Assembly: GCF_004010195.1 (NCBI RefSeq)
Contig: NC_057718.1
Coordinates: 54,944,497 to 54,966,068, forward strand
Source: Chiloscyllium plagiosum
Lineage: Eukaryota
Reading direction: 5' to 3'
DNA length: 21,572 bases
The position numbers and the translations under genes were made by a program. Below the pieces are notes generated by a model. The model searched no databases. It worked only from the letters and a program-made list of their open reading frames with translations, and was not told where the DNA came from. Below, one piece after another: positions 20,605 to 21,572 of this stretch. Within the stretch, counting starts at the first letter, position 1. Each line of letters opens with the position of its first letter.

Positions 20605-21278
20605 GAGGCATTGGTCACATAGTTCTGAAGACTTCAACATGGAAAAGGACAAGGATGGACTTGAAATTGAAGTTCTCAACTGGGCAAAGATAACTTTAAT
20701 AGATCAGACATGATTTGGCCAGAGTGGACTGGGAACAGATACTTCCAGGTGTCTTAGAACAGTGGGATACATTCAAGAAGGAAAAATGGAGAGTAAAGGG
20801 CCAACATGTTCCAATAAAAACAAAAGGTGAGGCCATCAAATCCTGTAAACCCTAGATATCGAGGGATGTAGAGCATTTGATTAAGAGAAAAAGGGAGGTC
20901 AGATAGCAAGGGCTCAGAACAGCAGAAGTCCAAGAGAAGGATATAATGTGCAAGAAGGAACTTAAAAAGGAGATTAGGAGAGCTGGTAAAATAAAGGAAA
21001 TCCTAAATTGTTTTACAGGTACATTAAGGGTAAAAGGATAATAACGGAAAGAGTAGGGCCCATTAAGGAGTACAACAGTACATGTAGAGCCATTGGATTT
21101 AGGTAAGGTTCAAATGAATAGTTTATGTCGGTTTTTACTAGTGAGAGAGAGACAATATGGGTATGGAAATCAGGGAGAAAATATGTGATAAAATTAAAGA
21201 AGTTAACATAGACAGAGAGGAGGTTCTGGTCGGCTTTAAAATGGATACATATTCCAGGGCCAGATGGAATATTCTGGA
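20605..21278 (+). mobile_element. CR1 LINE ORF2 fragment between endonuclease and RT
   Basis: FNMEKDKDGLEIEVLNW, DLARVDWEQ, NPKLFYRYIKGKRIITERVGP, NE*FMSVFT and PGPDG (21254). Cut off by a PLE. Confidence 0.85.
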
Positions 21279-21572
21279 TCAGTGGTGCTGGAAGAGCACA
21301 GCAATTCAGGCAGCATCCGAGGACAGGCAAAATCGACATTTCGGGCAAAAGCCCTTCATCAGGAATACAAGCAGAGAGCCTGAAGCGTGGAGAGATAAGC
21401 TAGTGGAGGGTGGGGGTGGGGAGAGAGTGGCATAGAGTACAATAGGTCAGTGGGGAAGGAGATGAAGGTGATAGGTCAGGGAGGAGAGGGTGGAGTGGAT
21501 AGGTGGAAAAGGAGCTGGGCAGGTCGGACAAGTCCGGACAGGTCAGGGGATCGAGTTTCTGGAGGTTAGAAG
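21279..21572 (-). mobile_element. Penelope-like 3' UTR and end, family B variant, runs off the window
   Basis: Same layout as 17291-17560 and tail-less. Hammerhead at 21331-21366. Confidence 0.85.
21331..21366 (-). ncRNA. Minimal hammerhead ribozyme motif, best-preserved family B copy
   Basis: attc-CTGATGA-a-gggc-tttt-gccc-GAAA-tGTC-gatt. Perfect stem II and GUC triplet; the ACGT palindrome is changed to ATGT by CpG decay. Confidence 0.75.

Noticed and set aside
1205..21572. CRISPR-like or prokaryotic defence system suggested by recurring palindromes
   Set aside because: The repeats are dispersed, with no regular spacers and no cas-like ORF; the context is vertebrate repeat DNA.

Overview
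AT-rich, CpG-depleted vertebrate DNA, most likely intronic or intergenic sequence from a cartilaginous fish (HE1-type V-SINEs, CR1 and L2 LINE fragments, shark-type Penelope ends). I recognise no intact protein-coding gene; nearly all listed ORFs are chance or antisense readings of repeats. The window is a layered transposon graveyard with CR1, L2, three SINE types, a Tigger-like MITE, a decayed Gypsy gag, a decayed Harbinger transposase and two or three Harbinger Myb/SANT relics. The main signal is ten Penelope-like element (PLE) end fragments from three families. Six are fold-back (inverted-arm) insertions flanked by 12-19 bp target-site duplications. Eight copies keep both boxes of a minimal hammerhead ribozyme core (CTGANGA-A-stem II-GAAA), with helix covariation between families. 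Smaller leads are a candidate 27-nt microexon (15895-15921) and a CpG-rich 76-bp hairpin around a CRE palindrome (16791-16866). Family names come from my motif recognition, not database searches.
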